In this document: positions 18,390 to 28,300 of the stretch, in pieces
How positions within the stretch are numbered: the first letter of the stretch is position 1
How the letters are laid out: each line of letters opens with the position of its first letter
Source of the DNA: Bacillota bacterium
Lineage (GTDB): Bacteria; Bacillota; JAAYKD01
DNA length: 64,000 nucleotides
Reading direction: 5' to 3'
Assembly: GCA_963666425.2 (NCBI GenBank)
Contig: OY762825.2
Coordinates: forward strand, 1,952,001-2,016,000
Position numbers and translations under genes: made by a program
Notes under the pieces: model-generated
What the model was told of the DNA's origin: nothing
Seen by the model: only the letters and a program-made list of their open reading frames with translations
Databases searched by the model: none

Positions 18390-19044
18390 GCCAAGAACCG
18401 CAAAGAAGCGCCGGCAGACCTTTCGCCGCATAGCCGTGCTGCTTCTGATGGTTGGTTTCCTGTTTGTTTCAGTGGCACTGGTCAATCTCATCACACAGAA
18501 CCGTAGGTTGATCAGTGCCTACAATGCAGAATCTTTTGCGGCGACTGCTGAAAATCCAAACGGACTCACCGCATTGGCAGCCGAGGCAGAGTCAATCTCT
18601 CCTAAAAATGAGCCGGTAGCAGCGTATTATCCGATTTATCCTCAAGCAGGGGAAGAAATCGGCAGTCTGGCTTTCCCCACGTTGGATGCGGTCATGCCGA
18701 TCATTCAAGGCACCGCTGTTCTGGACTTGGAAAAAGGAATTGGCCATTATCTGCAGAGTGTGCTACCCGGTGAAATAGACAACTGTGTTTTAGCAGGGCA
18801 TCGCGATACGGTTTTTCGCCGTTTGGGTGAGTTAAAAATCGGTGATTTGGTGATTATCCAGACTTCCGCCGGAACTTTTACCTACGAAGTCACAGGCACG
18901 CAAATCGTTACTGCAGATGATCTGACGGTGATCACGCCCACCGATCATGCTGTTTTAACGATGTCCACCTGTTATCCTTTCTATTCACCGGGTTATTACC
19001 CCGAGCGTTACATTGTCTCGGCTGATTTATGCATCAATCCTTAG
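18382..19044 (+). CDS. Class D sortase
   Basis: N-terminal TM, LAGHRDTVFRRL, TMSTCYPF catalytic Cys and downstream Arg (PERY); overlaps the stop of its substrate gene. Confidence 0.9.
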   Translation: MNRPRTAKKRRQTFRRIAVLLLMVGFLFVSVALVNLITQNRRLISAYNAESFAATAENPNGLTALAAEAESISPKNEPVAAYYPIYPQAGEEIGSLAFPTLDAVMPIIQGTAVLDLEKGIGHYLQSVLPGEIDNCVLAGHRDTVFRRLGELKIGDLVIIQTSAGTFTYEVTGTQIVTADDLTVITPTDHAVLTMSTCYPFYSPGYYPERYIVSADLCINP

Positions 19045-19117
19045 GATGCTTGGAAAATAATTTCCATGACAAGAAAATCAGAATCGCTTGCTTTGCAAGC
19101 AGAACGAAAGGAAGATC

Positions 19118-19678
19118 ATGATGAATACACTAGAAAAGATCGGGTTTGGTATTTTGGTTGGTGCCGCAGTCGGCATCACAGCCGGCATGCTAATTGCAAC
19201 GAAAGAAGGCAGAACGATGCGGAAAACTTTGAAAGAAAAAGCAATCGATTCAATTGATCATTTGGAAGAACACGTTCAGGATGGCTCCAAAGAATGGAAT
19301 GCTACTGCTGCCCATGTTGCTAAAAAAGCCAATCAAGTAGTCCGAAATGTGGATGAAAAAGCGGATGATCTGCAGGAAGATCTCGCGCAGGGCTACAATA
19401 AAGTCAAAAGGGAAGTCGACCAAGCGATCGCCTATGATACGAAACAAGGCAAGAGCATGGAAAAGAAATGGCAGGATAAGATGGATGAAACCATCGACAC
19501 GGTCAAAAACGTGGTTGAAGAAAAATCGGATGACCTGAGTGATGCTGCCGCGCATGCTTCGATCAAAACAAATCGTTTCTTCAAAAATGCCGCTGATACA
19601 GCCGAAGACGTCGGCGAAGAAATTAAAGATGGCTATCGTGCCATCAAACATGATCTGCATCGGCCGGGAAACGTCTAG
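19118..19678 (+). CDS. YtxH-like general stress protein
   Basis: GILVGAAVGITAGMLIATKEGRTMRKTL followed by charged helical repeats. Confidence 0.75.
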   Translation: MMNTLEKIGFGILVGAAVGITAGMLIATKEGRTMRKTLKEKAIDSIDHLEEHVQDGSKEWNATAAHVAKKANQVVRNVDEKADDLQEDLAQGYNKVKREVDQAIAYDTKQGKSMEKKWQDKMDETIDTVKNVVEEKSDDLSDAAAHASIKTNRFFKNAADTAEDVGEEIKDGYRAIKHDLHRPGNV

Positions 19679-19716
19679 AATTCTATTTTCTCTGCTCCTG
19701 CGGTGAATGAAACGAT

Positions 19717-19763
19717 AAAAACAGGTTCGGAGCCTTCTAAAAAAGGCTCCGAACCTGTTTTTT
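19717..19763. terminator. Bidirectional rho-independent terminator
   Basis: AAAAACAGGTTCGGAGCCTT...AAGGCTCCGAACCTGTTTTT between convergent genes. Confidence 0.85.
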
Positions 19764-19767
19764 GTTG

Positions 19768-20139
19768 TTAATACCAAATCGCCCTGATCAGTAAAAAAAG
19801 TAACAGCAGCCATATCGCCACAACAGGAACAGCATAATACCAGTGACTCGGTTTGCCGTTTGGCCATAACCCTTGCGCTTCCTGCCGGCATTGCGCGAAC
19901 AATTCTGCCGGGATCAGCCGGATCGTCAACGCAACCAACAGCGGTAAAAGAATCAGATCATCCAGATAACCCAAAATCGGGATGAAATCGGGGATCAAAT
20001 CGATGGGAGACAAAGCGTAGACAAGCGCAGCAGCGGCCGCCGCTTTCGCTGCCAAGGGGGTCTCTTTCTTTTGTAAAGCGAGAAAAACAGCGGGAAGATC
20101 GGTTTTTAATTTCGCTGCGCGTTCTTTTAAGTTCATCAT
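19768..20139 (-). CDS. YkvA/DUF1232 family membrane protein
   Basis: YALSPIDLIPDFIPILGYLDD signature. Confidence 0.9.
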   Translation of the reverse strand: MMNLKERAAKLKTDLPAVFLALQKKETPLAAKAAAAAALVYALSPIDLIPDFIPILGYLDDLILLPLLVALTIRLIPAELFAQCRQEAQGLWPNGKPSHWYYAVPVVAIWLLLLFLLIRAIWY

Positions 20140-20149
20140 AAAGCACCTC

Positions 20150-21904
20150 TCATTGATCTCTCCATTGGTTTTTTTCCAGCCGTAACTGTTTAGCCAGCCA
20201 ATTGTTACCGTTCATCACCTCAGCCGGGGTGCCGGTAGTGAGAATGCGGCCGTCCTCCAGTAAAACAATCAGATCGCTGTGCAGCATAGAGGTAATCCGG
20301 TGAGAAATGGAGAGCACCATGCGTCCTTCCTCCGCTTTTTGCAGCACGGTTACAATATTCGCCTCCGTGGCGGAATCGAGATTGGCGGTGACCTCATCCA
20401 GGAGCAGAATGGCGGGATCCGCCACAATGGCTCTGGCAATCGAGAGCAGTTGTTTTTGTCCTTGCGAAAAATCTCCGCCATCGGAGCCAACCACCGTAGC
20501 ATAGCCATTGGCCATTTTCATCACATAATCGTGCAGCCCGACGAAGCGCATGGCTTTTTCCACCTGTTCCAATCGAATCGTCTCGTCTGCCAAACTGATT
20601 TGTTCCGCCACGGTGCCTAGAATAAAACTGAACTGCTGTTCCACATAGCCAAAGATCCTGCGTTTTTCAGAATTAGGAATCCGATAAACATCCGTACCGC
20701 CTAACTCGATTCTACCGCTCGTGGGCTGCAGCAAGCCCATAATCAAGCGGAAGAGCGTCGTTTTTCCCACGCCGGTGCGGCCGGTAAACGTCACATTGGC
20801 ACCATAAGGAATGGCTAGATTCAGATCACGCAGAACCGGTTGGTCTGCATCATAAGCAAAAGAAACTTGCTCAATGCGCATGCCGGCTGTCCGAATCCCT
20901 TGCAGAATCAGATTCGCTGTGAGAGCAGCGTCTTTGGCCGGCTCTTCCGGTTCCAAGACAAAGCGATTGATCCGCTCTACTCCGGAAATGCCTTTCTGCA
21001 CATTCTGCAGCTCGGTGCCCAGCGTTTCGATCGGCGCAAACAGATTGGTAAATAATTCAATGGAAGCTGCCACCATGCCGACAGAGATGCCAAGAAATTG
21101 GACTTGATCGGTTGAAAGCAGCACAATCAGCGCAATAACCAAAGCGCGCATTACTTGGATGATGGGGGAGTAACAGGAATCGTAGAAATTAACCCGATCC
21201 AGCGTGCGGAAATTATCCTCCAGGCGGCCGCGATAGAGTTCTTCCATATAAGCTTCTTTGCTGAACGATTTGATCATATGCACGTTTTTTAAGCTTTCTG
21301 AAATATGCGAGTTGACGCGGCCGATCTGCTCCAGGTTTTTAATTTGTGCCGCCAGCATCCGCCGCTGAAAGGCGCGGGTCACGAAATAAATCACGGGCAC
21401 CAAACAGAGAGCCAGGATACCCAGTTTGACTGAAAAATACCAGATCGAGACCACGATGCCAACGATCTTAAAGCAGTCAATCATCATGCTGATGACGCCG
21501 TCGGCAAACAAAGAATTGACATTTTCCACATCATTGGTGAAGCGGGAAGTAATGCTGCCGGGTTGGTTGGCGGAAAAATAAGTGGTACTGATCCGCTCCA
21601 GTTTGAGAGTCATTTCCATGCGCAGCCCTTTGACAATTTTCTGACCAAAGACAGTCAGCAAACCGCCTTTGAGAAAATCGAAAAAGCCGATTAAAATTAA
21701 AACAGCTAAATAGACAAAAGTCAGCCGCAGCAGGCCTTGGTTGGTTTTTAAGACCAGGTTTTGGTCGATGATCATTTTCAGCAATTGCGGTGGTATTAAG
21801 CTCAAAAGCACCACCGCCACAATCACGAACAGCAGGGCGAAGGACAAGAGGGGATTCTGCCGCAGGATTTTCAGGATGGTTGATGTGGTCAGACTACGCT
21901 TCAT
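20150..21904 (-). CDS. ABC exporter, fused permease/ATP-binding subunit
   Basis: TM domain + GRTGVGKT, FSQGQKQ, LLLDE; likely start 21904 after GGGAGG. Confidence 0.9.
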   Translation of the reverse strand: MKRSLTTSTILKILRQNPLLSFALLFVIVAVVLLSLIPPQLLKMIIDQNLVLKTNQGLLRLTFVYLAVLILIGFFDFLKGGLLTVFGQKIVKGLRMEMTLKLERISTTYFSANQPGSITSRFTNDVENVNSLFADGVISMMIDCFKIVGIVVSIWYFSVKLGILALCLVPVIYFVTRAFQRRMLAAQIKNLEQIGRVNSHISESLKNVHMIKSFSKEAYMEELYRGRLEDNFRTLDRVNFYDSCYSPIIQVMRALVIALIVLLSTDQVQFLGISVGMVAASIELFTNLFAPIETLGTELQNVQKGISGVERINRFVLEPEEPAKDAALTANLILQGIRTAGMRIEQVSFAYDADQPVLRDLNLAIPYGANVTFTGRTGVGKTTLFRLIMGLLQPTSGRIELGGTDVYRIPNSEKRRIFGYVEQQFSFILGTVAEQISLADETIRLEQVEKAMRFVGLHDYVMKMANGYATVVGSDGGDFSQGQKQLLSIARAIVADPAILLLDEVTANLDSATEANIVTVLQKAEEGRMVLSISHRITSMLHSDLIVLLEDGRILTTGTPAEVMNGNNWLAKQLRLEKNQWRDQ

Positions 21905-23633
21905 GGTTGTCGCCTCCCGTCTGCAGTTGATAAATCGAGGCATAAAGCGCAGAAGAGGCGAGCAAGCTTTGATGCGTGCCGTATTCGGCGGTATGATCGT
22001 TATGCAGTAAAATGATCTGATCGGCCAGCGGAAAAACCGTCAGGCGATGAGAAACGAGCAAAATGACGCAGTCTGTATAATGCAGGCGCAGGTTGTTTAG
22101 AATGAGCTGCTCTGTTTTCATATCGACGGCCGAAAACGGATCATCCAGAATCAGCAAAGCGCCATGATGATAGAGCGCCCGCGCCAAAGCGATGCGCGCC
22201 TGCTGACCGCCGGAAAGCCGGATGCCGCTGCTGCCAACCAAAGTCTGAATGTCTTCCGGCATGGTTAACAGGTCTTCCTCAAAGCAGACATCCCGTAAAA
22301 CCGCGGAAATATCCCCCTCTACGCCCAGGGTGATATTGCGGTAGAGGGTATCGGAAAGCAGCTGCGGCTGATGCCCCAGGTAAGAAATTCGGTTGCTGCG
22401 TTCCACCTTGCTGTAATCGCGCAGCTCCCGGCCGGCCAGCCGAATGCTGCCGAGATAAGGATACAAGCCCTGCAGAGCAATACCCAATGAGGATTTACCG
22501 CAGGCCACCGGACCCGTGATGCCAATCAGTTCGCCTGCTTTGGCAGTGAAATTTAAGTGATCCAAAATCAAATTCGGCTCTGTTGGATAAGAGAAACAAA
22601 GATCACGAACAACCAGGCTGGACTCGGCAGCGCTGCCCCGGTCGCTGCGCTCGGCTTCCTGATAGGCGGTCAGATAGGGTTTGATGCGCTGCCAGGAGAC
22701 CGTCGCTTTTTGATACGTATTAAACAATTTGGACGCCTTGCTGTCCTTGGTGGTCAGAGCGATAAAAATGGTGATATAGGTGGAAAACATACCGACTGTC
22801 CAGAGACCGTTAATCACGTTGCTGCCGCCAAAATAGAGAAAAAAGACGATACCCAATAAGGCGATCACATTGTAGACCGGCTGCATCGAATTTTCCAGGA
22901 TATTCGCCTTGATCGATTTCATTTCCAGGTCGTCCAATTCGCGGAAATATGCCTGGCGGTTTTTTCCTTCCAAACCGTTGACCCGCAGCAAGACGGTGTG
23001 TTCGATATTATAATAGGTAAAGCTGGCCACCCGGCTGCTTTGCACCCGAGCCGCTTTGGAGAATTTCACAATGAAGTTTTTCAAAGATTCAGCCAACCAC
23101 ATGGCGACAGGCACAAAAAGACAGGAGACAATGGTCAGTTTCCAGTCGTAAACCAAGAGAGAGATCAAATAAGAAAGCATCAGCACGCCGGTGTCAAAGA
23201 TTTCGGTGAGGACTTTGCGCATTCCCTCCACACAAATATCCACATCCGAGACCGCTTTGGTCATCAGGTCTCCTGTCTGTTCCTGTGATAACTCGAGAAT
23301 GCCGCGATGCATGATATTATTGTAAAGCATCATCCGCATCGCGGCGCTGGTTCGATTGGCAAACAGCCGCACATAATAACGCTTGAAATAGCGCATTAGC
23401 TGAATCAGCAGGACCACAACCACAAAGAAAGCGGCTTGCTGCCAGACCAGCCGGAGCGGACTCTTGGCGATGATGGCATCGATCAACCGTCCCTGCAGAA
23501 TGGGCCAGACCGACATGGCGCCATTGCAGAGGATACCAAAAAAGAAGACAGCGGTTAAAACGGAGCGCTCCCGTTTCCAGTAACTGCTGATTTGGTCTGG
23601 TTTTTTAACCGGCCTAAGCTTCAGAATTGCCAT
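21894..23633 (-). CDS. ABC exporter, fused permease/ATP-binding subunit (heterodimer partner)
   Basis: GPVACGKS, LSGGQQARI, LILDDPFSAVD (non-canonical Walker B typical of heterodimeric exporters). Confidence 0.9.
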   Translation of the reverse strand: MAILKLRPVKKPDQISSYWKRERSVLTAVFFFGILCNGAMSVWPILQGRLIDAIIAKSPLRLVWQQAAFFVVVVLLIQLMRYFKRYYVRLFANRTSAAMRMMLYNNIMHRGILELSQEQTGDLMTKAVSDVDICVEGMRKVLTEIFDTGVLMLSYLISLLVYDWKLTIVSCLFVPVAMWLAESLKNFIVKFSKAARVQSSRVASFTYYNIEHTVLLRVNGLEGKNRQAYFRELDDLEMKSIKANILENSMQPVYNVIALLGIVFFLYFGGSNVINGLWTVGMFSTYITIFIALTTKDSKASKLFNTYQKATVSWQRIKPYLTAYQEAERSDRGSAAESSLVVRDLCFSYPTEPNLILDHLNFTAKAGELIGITGPVACGKSSLGIALQGLYPYLGSIRLAGRELRDYSKVERSNRISYLGHQPQLLSDTLYRNITLGVEGDISAVLRDVCFEEDLLTMPEDIQTLVGSSGIRLSGGQQARIALARALYHHGALLILDDPFSAVDMKTEQLILNNLRLHYTDCVILLVSHRLTVFPLADQIILLHNDHTAEYGTHQSLLASSALYASIYQLQTGGDNHEA

Positions 23634-24093
23634 GCTCTTGCACCTCCAAAGTCAGTAAATTGCCAAAGCCAATGCGGCGTTCGGTTTTTGCTTTCCAGTA
23701 AATCTTGTCCAACACCAGCAGAAAATTCTCTTTTTCCGAATCGGCGAGATCGGCCAGCAGCCATTCGTAAAAGAAAGATTCAACCGAGGCCTTGGCATCC
23801 TTGACGGCATCACCTTTTTCTGTGGCATAGAGCTGTTTGCTGCGGCCGTCTCTTGGGTCTTGCTGGCGGATGAGAAAACCTTTTCGTTCTAAATTGACTG
23901 CCCGTCTGGTCACCGCCGCTTTATCCAGATTCAGCTCCGTCCGGACACCTTCCTGACTGATGCCGGGATGATGCCGCACGCAATGAATGAATTCATATTC
24001 CGCAAGACCAATGCCGCTGTCTTTTAAGACTTTACCGGTAAAGCGCGTTGCTTCGCGGGCAATTTTGCTGATCTGACGATTGGTTGCATCCAT
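23614..24093 (-). CDS. MarR family transcriptional regulator
   Basis: GISQEGV..LDKAAVTRRAVNLERKGFLIRQQDPRDGRSKQLYATEKG. Confidence 0.9.
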   Translation of the reverse strand: MDATNRQISKIAREATRFTGKVLKDSGIGLAEYEFIHCVRHHPGISQEGVRTELNLDKAAVTRRAVNLERKGFLIRQQDPRDGRSKQLYATEKGDAVKDAKASVESFFYEWLLADLADSEKENFLLVLDKIYWKAKTERRIGFGNLLTLEVQEHGNSEA

Positions 24094-24201
24094 AAGAAAC
24101 CGCCTCTCTTTAAACAGTTGTAGTATCAACTAATTCAGAGAATACTACAATTCAGCACAGCTGTCAACCGGTGAAAAAAGCATGGACAGCAAGATGAGCA
24201 G

Positions 24202-24246
24202 AAAAAACCCCTTGAACTGAAAAAGGTCTAGTTCAAGGGATTTTTT
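24202..24246. terminator. Rho-independent terminator
   Basis: AAAAAA-CCCTTGAACT...AGTTCAAGGG-ATTTTTT. Confidence 0.7.
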
Positions 24247-24250
24247 AGTC

Positions 24251-25279
24251 TTATTTGCTTTGCCAGGCTTGGATCTTTTCCCAGTCTGCGGTCAGATACT
24301 CGCCTTCTTCAAAAACAACATGTCCTGAGGCGTAGGGCTTGCCGGCAATGGTGATAGCGACCTGTTTGGTTTGAAAATAATAACCGAAGGTGTTGGCCAC
24401 GCTGTTTAAGAGCATGGATTCCAACGTGGTACCGGCATTCATCTCGCTGACGAATTCGGCGGAAAGGTCCACTGTCAGCAGGCCGGTTTCCCGATCGAAG
24501 CGCACACCCAACACAGAAGCAGCCTTGGACATCAGCGGCTGCAAACCGCTGCCCTGCGGGACCTGCTGCATTTGTTTTGTGAAAGCAGCATAGATTTCAT
24601 CATTGCTGAACAGCTTGATCGTCTGTTCCAGATAAACCAATTGCTCGTGGTCGAAATCCGGATAATAGAAACGAACCGTCTGCTCGAGGGGTGTCTCGGC
24701 TTCCATTTTCAGCAAAGCGCTGCTGATTTTCGTGTTAGGATCTGACTTCGGGATGAATTCACGCAGGATCAAGCCGATGCCGGGAGCATAATAATCTTTG
24801 TTGGTTGCCTCGGCAGCGACTGTCGTGATTTCTAAGGCGTTAAAAGTACCGGCGGGAACCGTAATTTTTTTATTGATGGCGGTGATGCTGCGGGTAGAAC
24901 CATTGGCCAGCGTCCAGGCAGTGCCGGTTTGCAGCGGCTCTTTTAGCATGATTTCCGCTTCCTCACGCAAAGCCATGGCATTGACCCGGAAATAGGTTTC
25001 TCCCGCGGCATAGACTTTTTTCAGCATACCGTTTTCCAAGACATAGACATTCACGGAAGTTGTGCCGGGATTCAGTACCCTTAGTTGAATGGCGGAATTG
25101 CTTTGATAATCCACATAGGTTTCGAATTCGGCATATTCGTTGCCTTCCCCCTGGTAAACTAAATGCACGTTGCCGGTCAAAGGGAAATAATCCAGAATTT
25201 TCGCCGGTGCGGTCCGATTGCAGGCGGCCAAGAGACAGAGCAGAGCAGCAAGCAGAATAAATCGTACTTTTTTCATCAT
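24251..25279 (-). CDS. Lipoprotein with C-terminal GerMN domain
   Basis: Lipobox LAAC; TVDLSAEFVSEMNAGTTLESMLLNSVANT..V.ITIAG (GerMN). Confidence 0.8.
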   Translation of the reverse strand: MMKKVRFILLAALLCLLAACNRTAPAKILDYFPLTGNVHLVYQGEGNEYAEFETYVDYQSNSAIQLRVLNPGTTSVNVYVLENGMLKKVYAAGETYFRVNAMALREEAEIMLKEPLQTGTAWTLANGSTRSITAINKKITVPAGTFNALEITTVAAEATNKDYYAPGIGLILREFIPKSDPNTKISSALLKMEAETPLEQTVRFYYPDFDHEQLVYLEQTIKLFSNDEIYAAFTKQMQQVPQGSGLQPLMSKAASVLGVRFDRETGLLTVDLSAEFVSEMNAGTTLESMLLNSVANTFGYYFQTKQVAITIAGKPYASGHVVFEEGEYLTADWEKIQAWQSK

Positions 25280-25524
25280 ACTCTCCTTTTCTTTGACGAT
25301 TGATACAAAAAACGATAGAAGGTGTTTTTCTCTCCGTGTATGAGAGCAAAGAGTTGCGTATTATTATTTTGGACGCAGCAAGGGATCAAAAAGTTGCGGC
25401 AAAACGAAATTAACCGCTGCCTGCCGTCGAGAAGCCTCAGAGCCGCAGCCAGTCTGCATCGAGAAAAAAAGCTCCCAACAGGCTGATTGTCATACGCATC
25501 CTGTCGGGAGCCTGTTGCTTATTT

Positions 25525-26703
25525 TTAATTTTCTACCACAAACCCGTTTTCAATGGTAATGCTGCACTGATATTTCGGTGATACATCGCTGACCGACTGG
25601 GTTACGCGGATCAGCAGATTTTTTTTGTCTTTCTCGTTATAGGAATGCGGTACCACCAGGTCAAAAATCAGCTTGATCGAATGATCCTCATTCACGGCTC
25701 GGAAATCATGAATGGCAGTTTTGGGATCAAGCTCGAGCAGGATCTTCTCAATCATATTTTTGCTGTTCAAAACCCTCTTATCATTAATTTCAATCGGATC
25801 CATGTGAATGACCAGAAAAATCCCCATATCTTTGGAGAAATCACGCTCGATTTTATCGATGGTTTCATGGACTACTTCCACACTGGAATCATTGGGTACT
25901 TCCGCATGAATGGTGGCCATGATATTGGAGGGACCATAATTGTGCACGATCAAGTCATGGCAGCCCAAGATGCCGTCATAACTCTCGACCTTCTTTGTGA
26001 TATTGTCATAGACTTCCTTATCGATCGCCTCTCCTAAAAGCGGCATCAGGGTATCTTTGGCGATATTATAACCGGAGATCAGAACAACAACAGAGACCGC
26101 CAAACCGGTCCAGCCATCAATCGGATAGCCGGTCAGCTTTTCAATCAGGACGGACAGGATGGTCGCAGAGGTGACAAAAACATCGTTGCGTGCGTCGGCC
26201 GAAGTGGCTTTTAAAATCACGGAATTGATGCGGTGGCCAAAGAGATAGTAAAAGCGGGACAGCCAAATTTTCACCAGCACGGATGCAGTCAAAATGCTGA
26301 TAAACAGCCAGCTGAAACCGATTTTTTGGGGGTTGAGGATCTTTGTGACGGAACTGACGAGCAAACTGAAACCGATATAAAGGATCAGGAAAGAAACGAT
26401 CAAAGCAGCAATGTATTCAAACCTGCCGTGACCGAAGGGATGTTCTTTATCCGCTGTTTTTTCCGCCAATTTCACGCCAACCAAACTGATGACGGAAGAA
26501 GCGGCATCCGATAAATTATTGAAACCGTCTGCCATGATGGAGATACTGTTGATACTAAGACCGATGGCCAATTTGGCCATGAACAGCAAGGCATTACAAA
26601 AGATGCCCACGATACTGGCCAGTATGCCATAGGCGGTACGGACTTTAACACTATTGGTGTTTTCATAATCCGGAATGAATTGTCTTAATAAGATTTGAGT
26701 CAT
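25525..26703 (-). CDS. Cation diffusion facilitator (CDF) family metal exporter
   Basis: ADGFNNLSD, DKEHPFGHGRFEY, DARND, HDLIVHNYGP, HMDP. Confidence 0.92.
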   Translation of the reverse strand: MTQILLRQFIPDYENTNSVKVRTAYGILASIVGIFCNALLFMAKLAIGLSINSISIMADGFNNLSDAASSVISLVGVKLAEKTADKEHPFGHGRFEYIAALIVSFLILYIGFSLLVSSVTKILNPQKIGFSWLFISILTASVLVKIWLSRFYYLFGHRINSVILKATSADARNDVFVTSATILSVLIEKLTGYPIDGWTGLAVSVVVLISGYNIAKDTLMPLLGEAIDKEVYDNITKKVESYDGILGCHDLIVHNYGPSNIMATIHAEVPNDSSVEVVHETIDKIERDFSKDMGIFLVIHMDPIEINDKRVLNSKNMIEKILLELDPKTAIHDFRAVNEDHSIKLIFDLVVPHSYNEKDKKNLLIRVTQSVSDVSPKYQCSITIENGFVVEN

Positions 26704-26744
26704 ACGATCGCTCCCTGAAACCACTATTTCTCATCTCCACAGAC

Positions 26745-26785
26745 ATAAAAAACACCTGTGGAACATGCTACTGTCCCACAGATGT
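26745..26785 (-). terminator. Riboswitch expression-platform terminator
   Basis: Minus strand ACATCTGTGGGACA-GTAGCA-TGTTCCACAGGTGT-TTTTT; its 5' arm is the aptamer 3' strand. Confidence 0.75.
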
Positions 26786-26868
26786 TTAAATCCATCCGTT
26801 GTCGAATCAACGACCCAGCCCCATCAATCAAATTGAAAGATTTGATTCATCGCCTGCTCAGATTGTAC
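26769..26868 (-). ncRNA. NiCo (czcD) metal-sensing riboswitch
   Basis: Minus strand reads CTGAGCAGGC...GCTGGGTCGTTGATTCGACAACGGATG...CATCTGTGGGACAG, matching the NiCo four-way-junction pattern; lies in the leader of a CDF exporter and overlaps a terminator. Confidence 0.85.
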
Positions 26869-27154
26869 TGTAGATTGCATGCAGTGCAAAGAGATAAATT
26901 AATTATATCTTATAATGATCAACGTGTCAAGCCTGATGCGATGAATTCAGAAGGAATAATTCAGCTCGGAAAAGGCAGCAGCTTGGGCAGAGCAGCACCT
27001 ATTTTTGGATTTTATTGACAATCATCGCATCTTATTATACTATGGAGCTGCAGCGGAGAGAGACAGAGAAGAGAAAATGATTTTTTCTTCTGAGGCAGCG
27101 TTTTTCTAATCCGGCAGCCCGAATTAAGCAATGAAAGACAAAAGAGGTGCAGGA

Positions 27155-28108
27155 ATGAATACACTACACTTTAAATATGCGGTTGAGGTGGAGAAAACAG
27201 GGTCCATCTCACAGGCTGCCAAGAATTTATTCATGGCGCAACCGAACTTAAGCAAAGCCATTAAGGAGCTGGAGGATACGCTGGCGATCCCCATTTTTGA
27301 ACGTACTTCCAAAGGTGTTATCCCGACCGCGCAGGGGAAAGAATTCTTGGGATACGCCAAAAAGATTCTTCTGCAGCTGGATAAAATGGAATCGCTTTAT
27401 GTTCCCGAAGTAAACCGGGCAGCCCGGCAGGAACTGAAGCTTTCGATTCCACGCGGAAGTTACATTTCCGTCGGCTTTGCCAACTTTGTCGCAGAACTGA
27501 ACATGACAAAAGCAATTGAGCTGACCATTCAGGAAACCAATTCTTTGCAGACCATTCTGAATGTGGCAGACAACGGTTTCCATCTGGGAATCATTCGCTA
27601 TCAGACACTGTATGAGAATTATTTTCTTGATTATCTGCAAAAGAACGAGCTGGCCAGCGAGTTGATTTGGCAGTTTTCCTGTTTGGTCTTGCTGCCGCGC
27701 CAACATTCACAGGCAAGCTGTGCGGAAATTGATTTTCAAACTTTGCAGAGCAGTTCCATCGAGATTGTGCATGGTGATAATGTCGTGCCGTATTTGCCGA
27801 CACCGGAAATCAAGCAATTGGCCGTGGAAGCAGCCGACAACAATGCCAAGCGGGTCTATGTTTATGAGCGCGGCAGCCAGATGGAACTCCTGGCGCGCAT
27901 TCCGCAGACCTTTATGTGGGTCTCTCCTTTACCGCAGGATTTGTTGGATCGCTTTGGTTTAGTCCAGCGCAGCTGCCAAATCAGCAATAATTCATTTAAG
28001 GATGTCTTAATTTATCGCCGCGGCTATCAACGCTCGGCGGCAGAACAGTTGTTTTTGGATAAATTATACGAAGTCAAACAAGAAGTGGCAGGCAAAGAAT
28101 TTCATTAA
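27155..28108 (+). CDS. LysR family transcriptional regulator
   Basis: GSISQAAKNLFMAQPNLSKAIKELEDTLAIPIFERTSKGVIPT. Confidence 0.92.
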   Translation: MNTLHFKYAVEVEKTGSISQAAKNLFMAQPNLSKAIKELEDTLAIPIFERTSKGVIPTAQGKEFLGYAKKILLQLDKMESLYVPEVNRAARQELKLSIPRGSYISVGFANFVAELNMTKAIELTIQETNSLQTILNVADNGFHLGIIRYQTLYENYFLDYLQKNELASELIWQFSCLVLLPRQHSQASCAEIDFQTLQSSSIEIVHGDNVVPYLPTPEIKQLAVEAADNNAKRVYVYERGSQMELLARIPQTFMWVSPLPQDLLDRFGLVQRSCQISNNSFKDVLIYRRGYQRSAAEQLFLDKLYEVKQEVAGKEFH

Positions 28109-28157
28109 GCGAATTTTCTATAGTGCCGCCTACTTTTTGGCCGCCGCATAGGCATAC

Positions 28158-28187
28158 CCATTATCGATATAGATATATCGATAATGG
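28158..28187. promoter_or_regulatory. Perfect 14-bp inverted repeat upstream of the ADH gene (candidate operator)
   Basis: CCATTATCGATATA-GA-TATATCGATAATGG; AT-rich with no T-tract. Confidence 0.45.
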
Positions 28188-28300
28188 AATATCTTTATGC
28201 GGCATTTATATTTCCCCTGCCAGATGATTTGTGTTATGCTTTCAGCAGTCAGAGACGAAGACAAACGAACCGTCAAGCAGGAAAAGGGGAGGCTATTATA

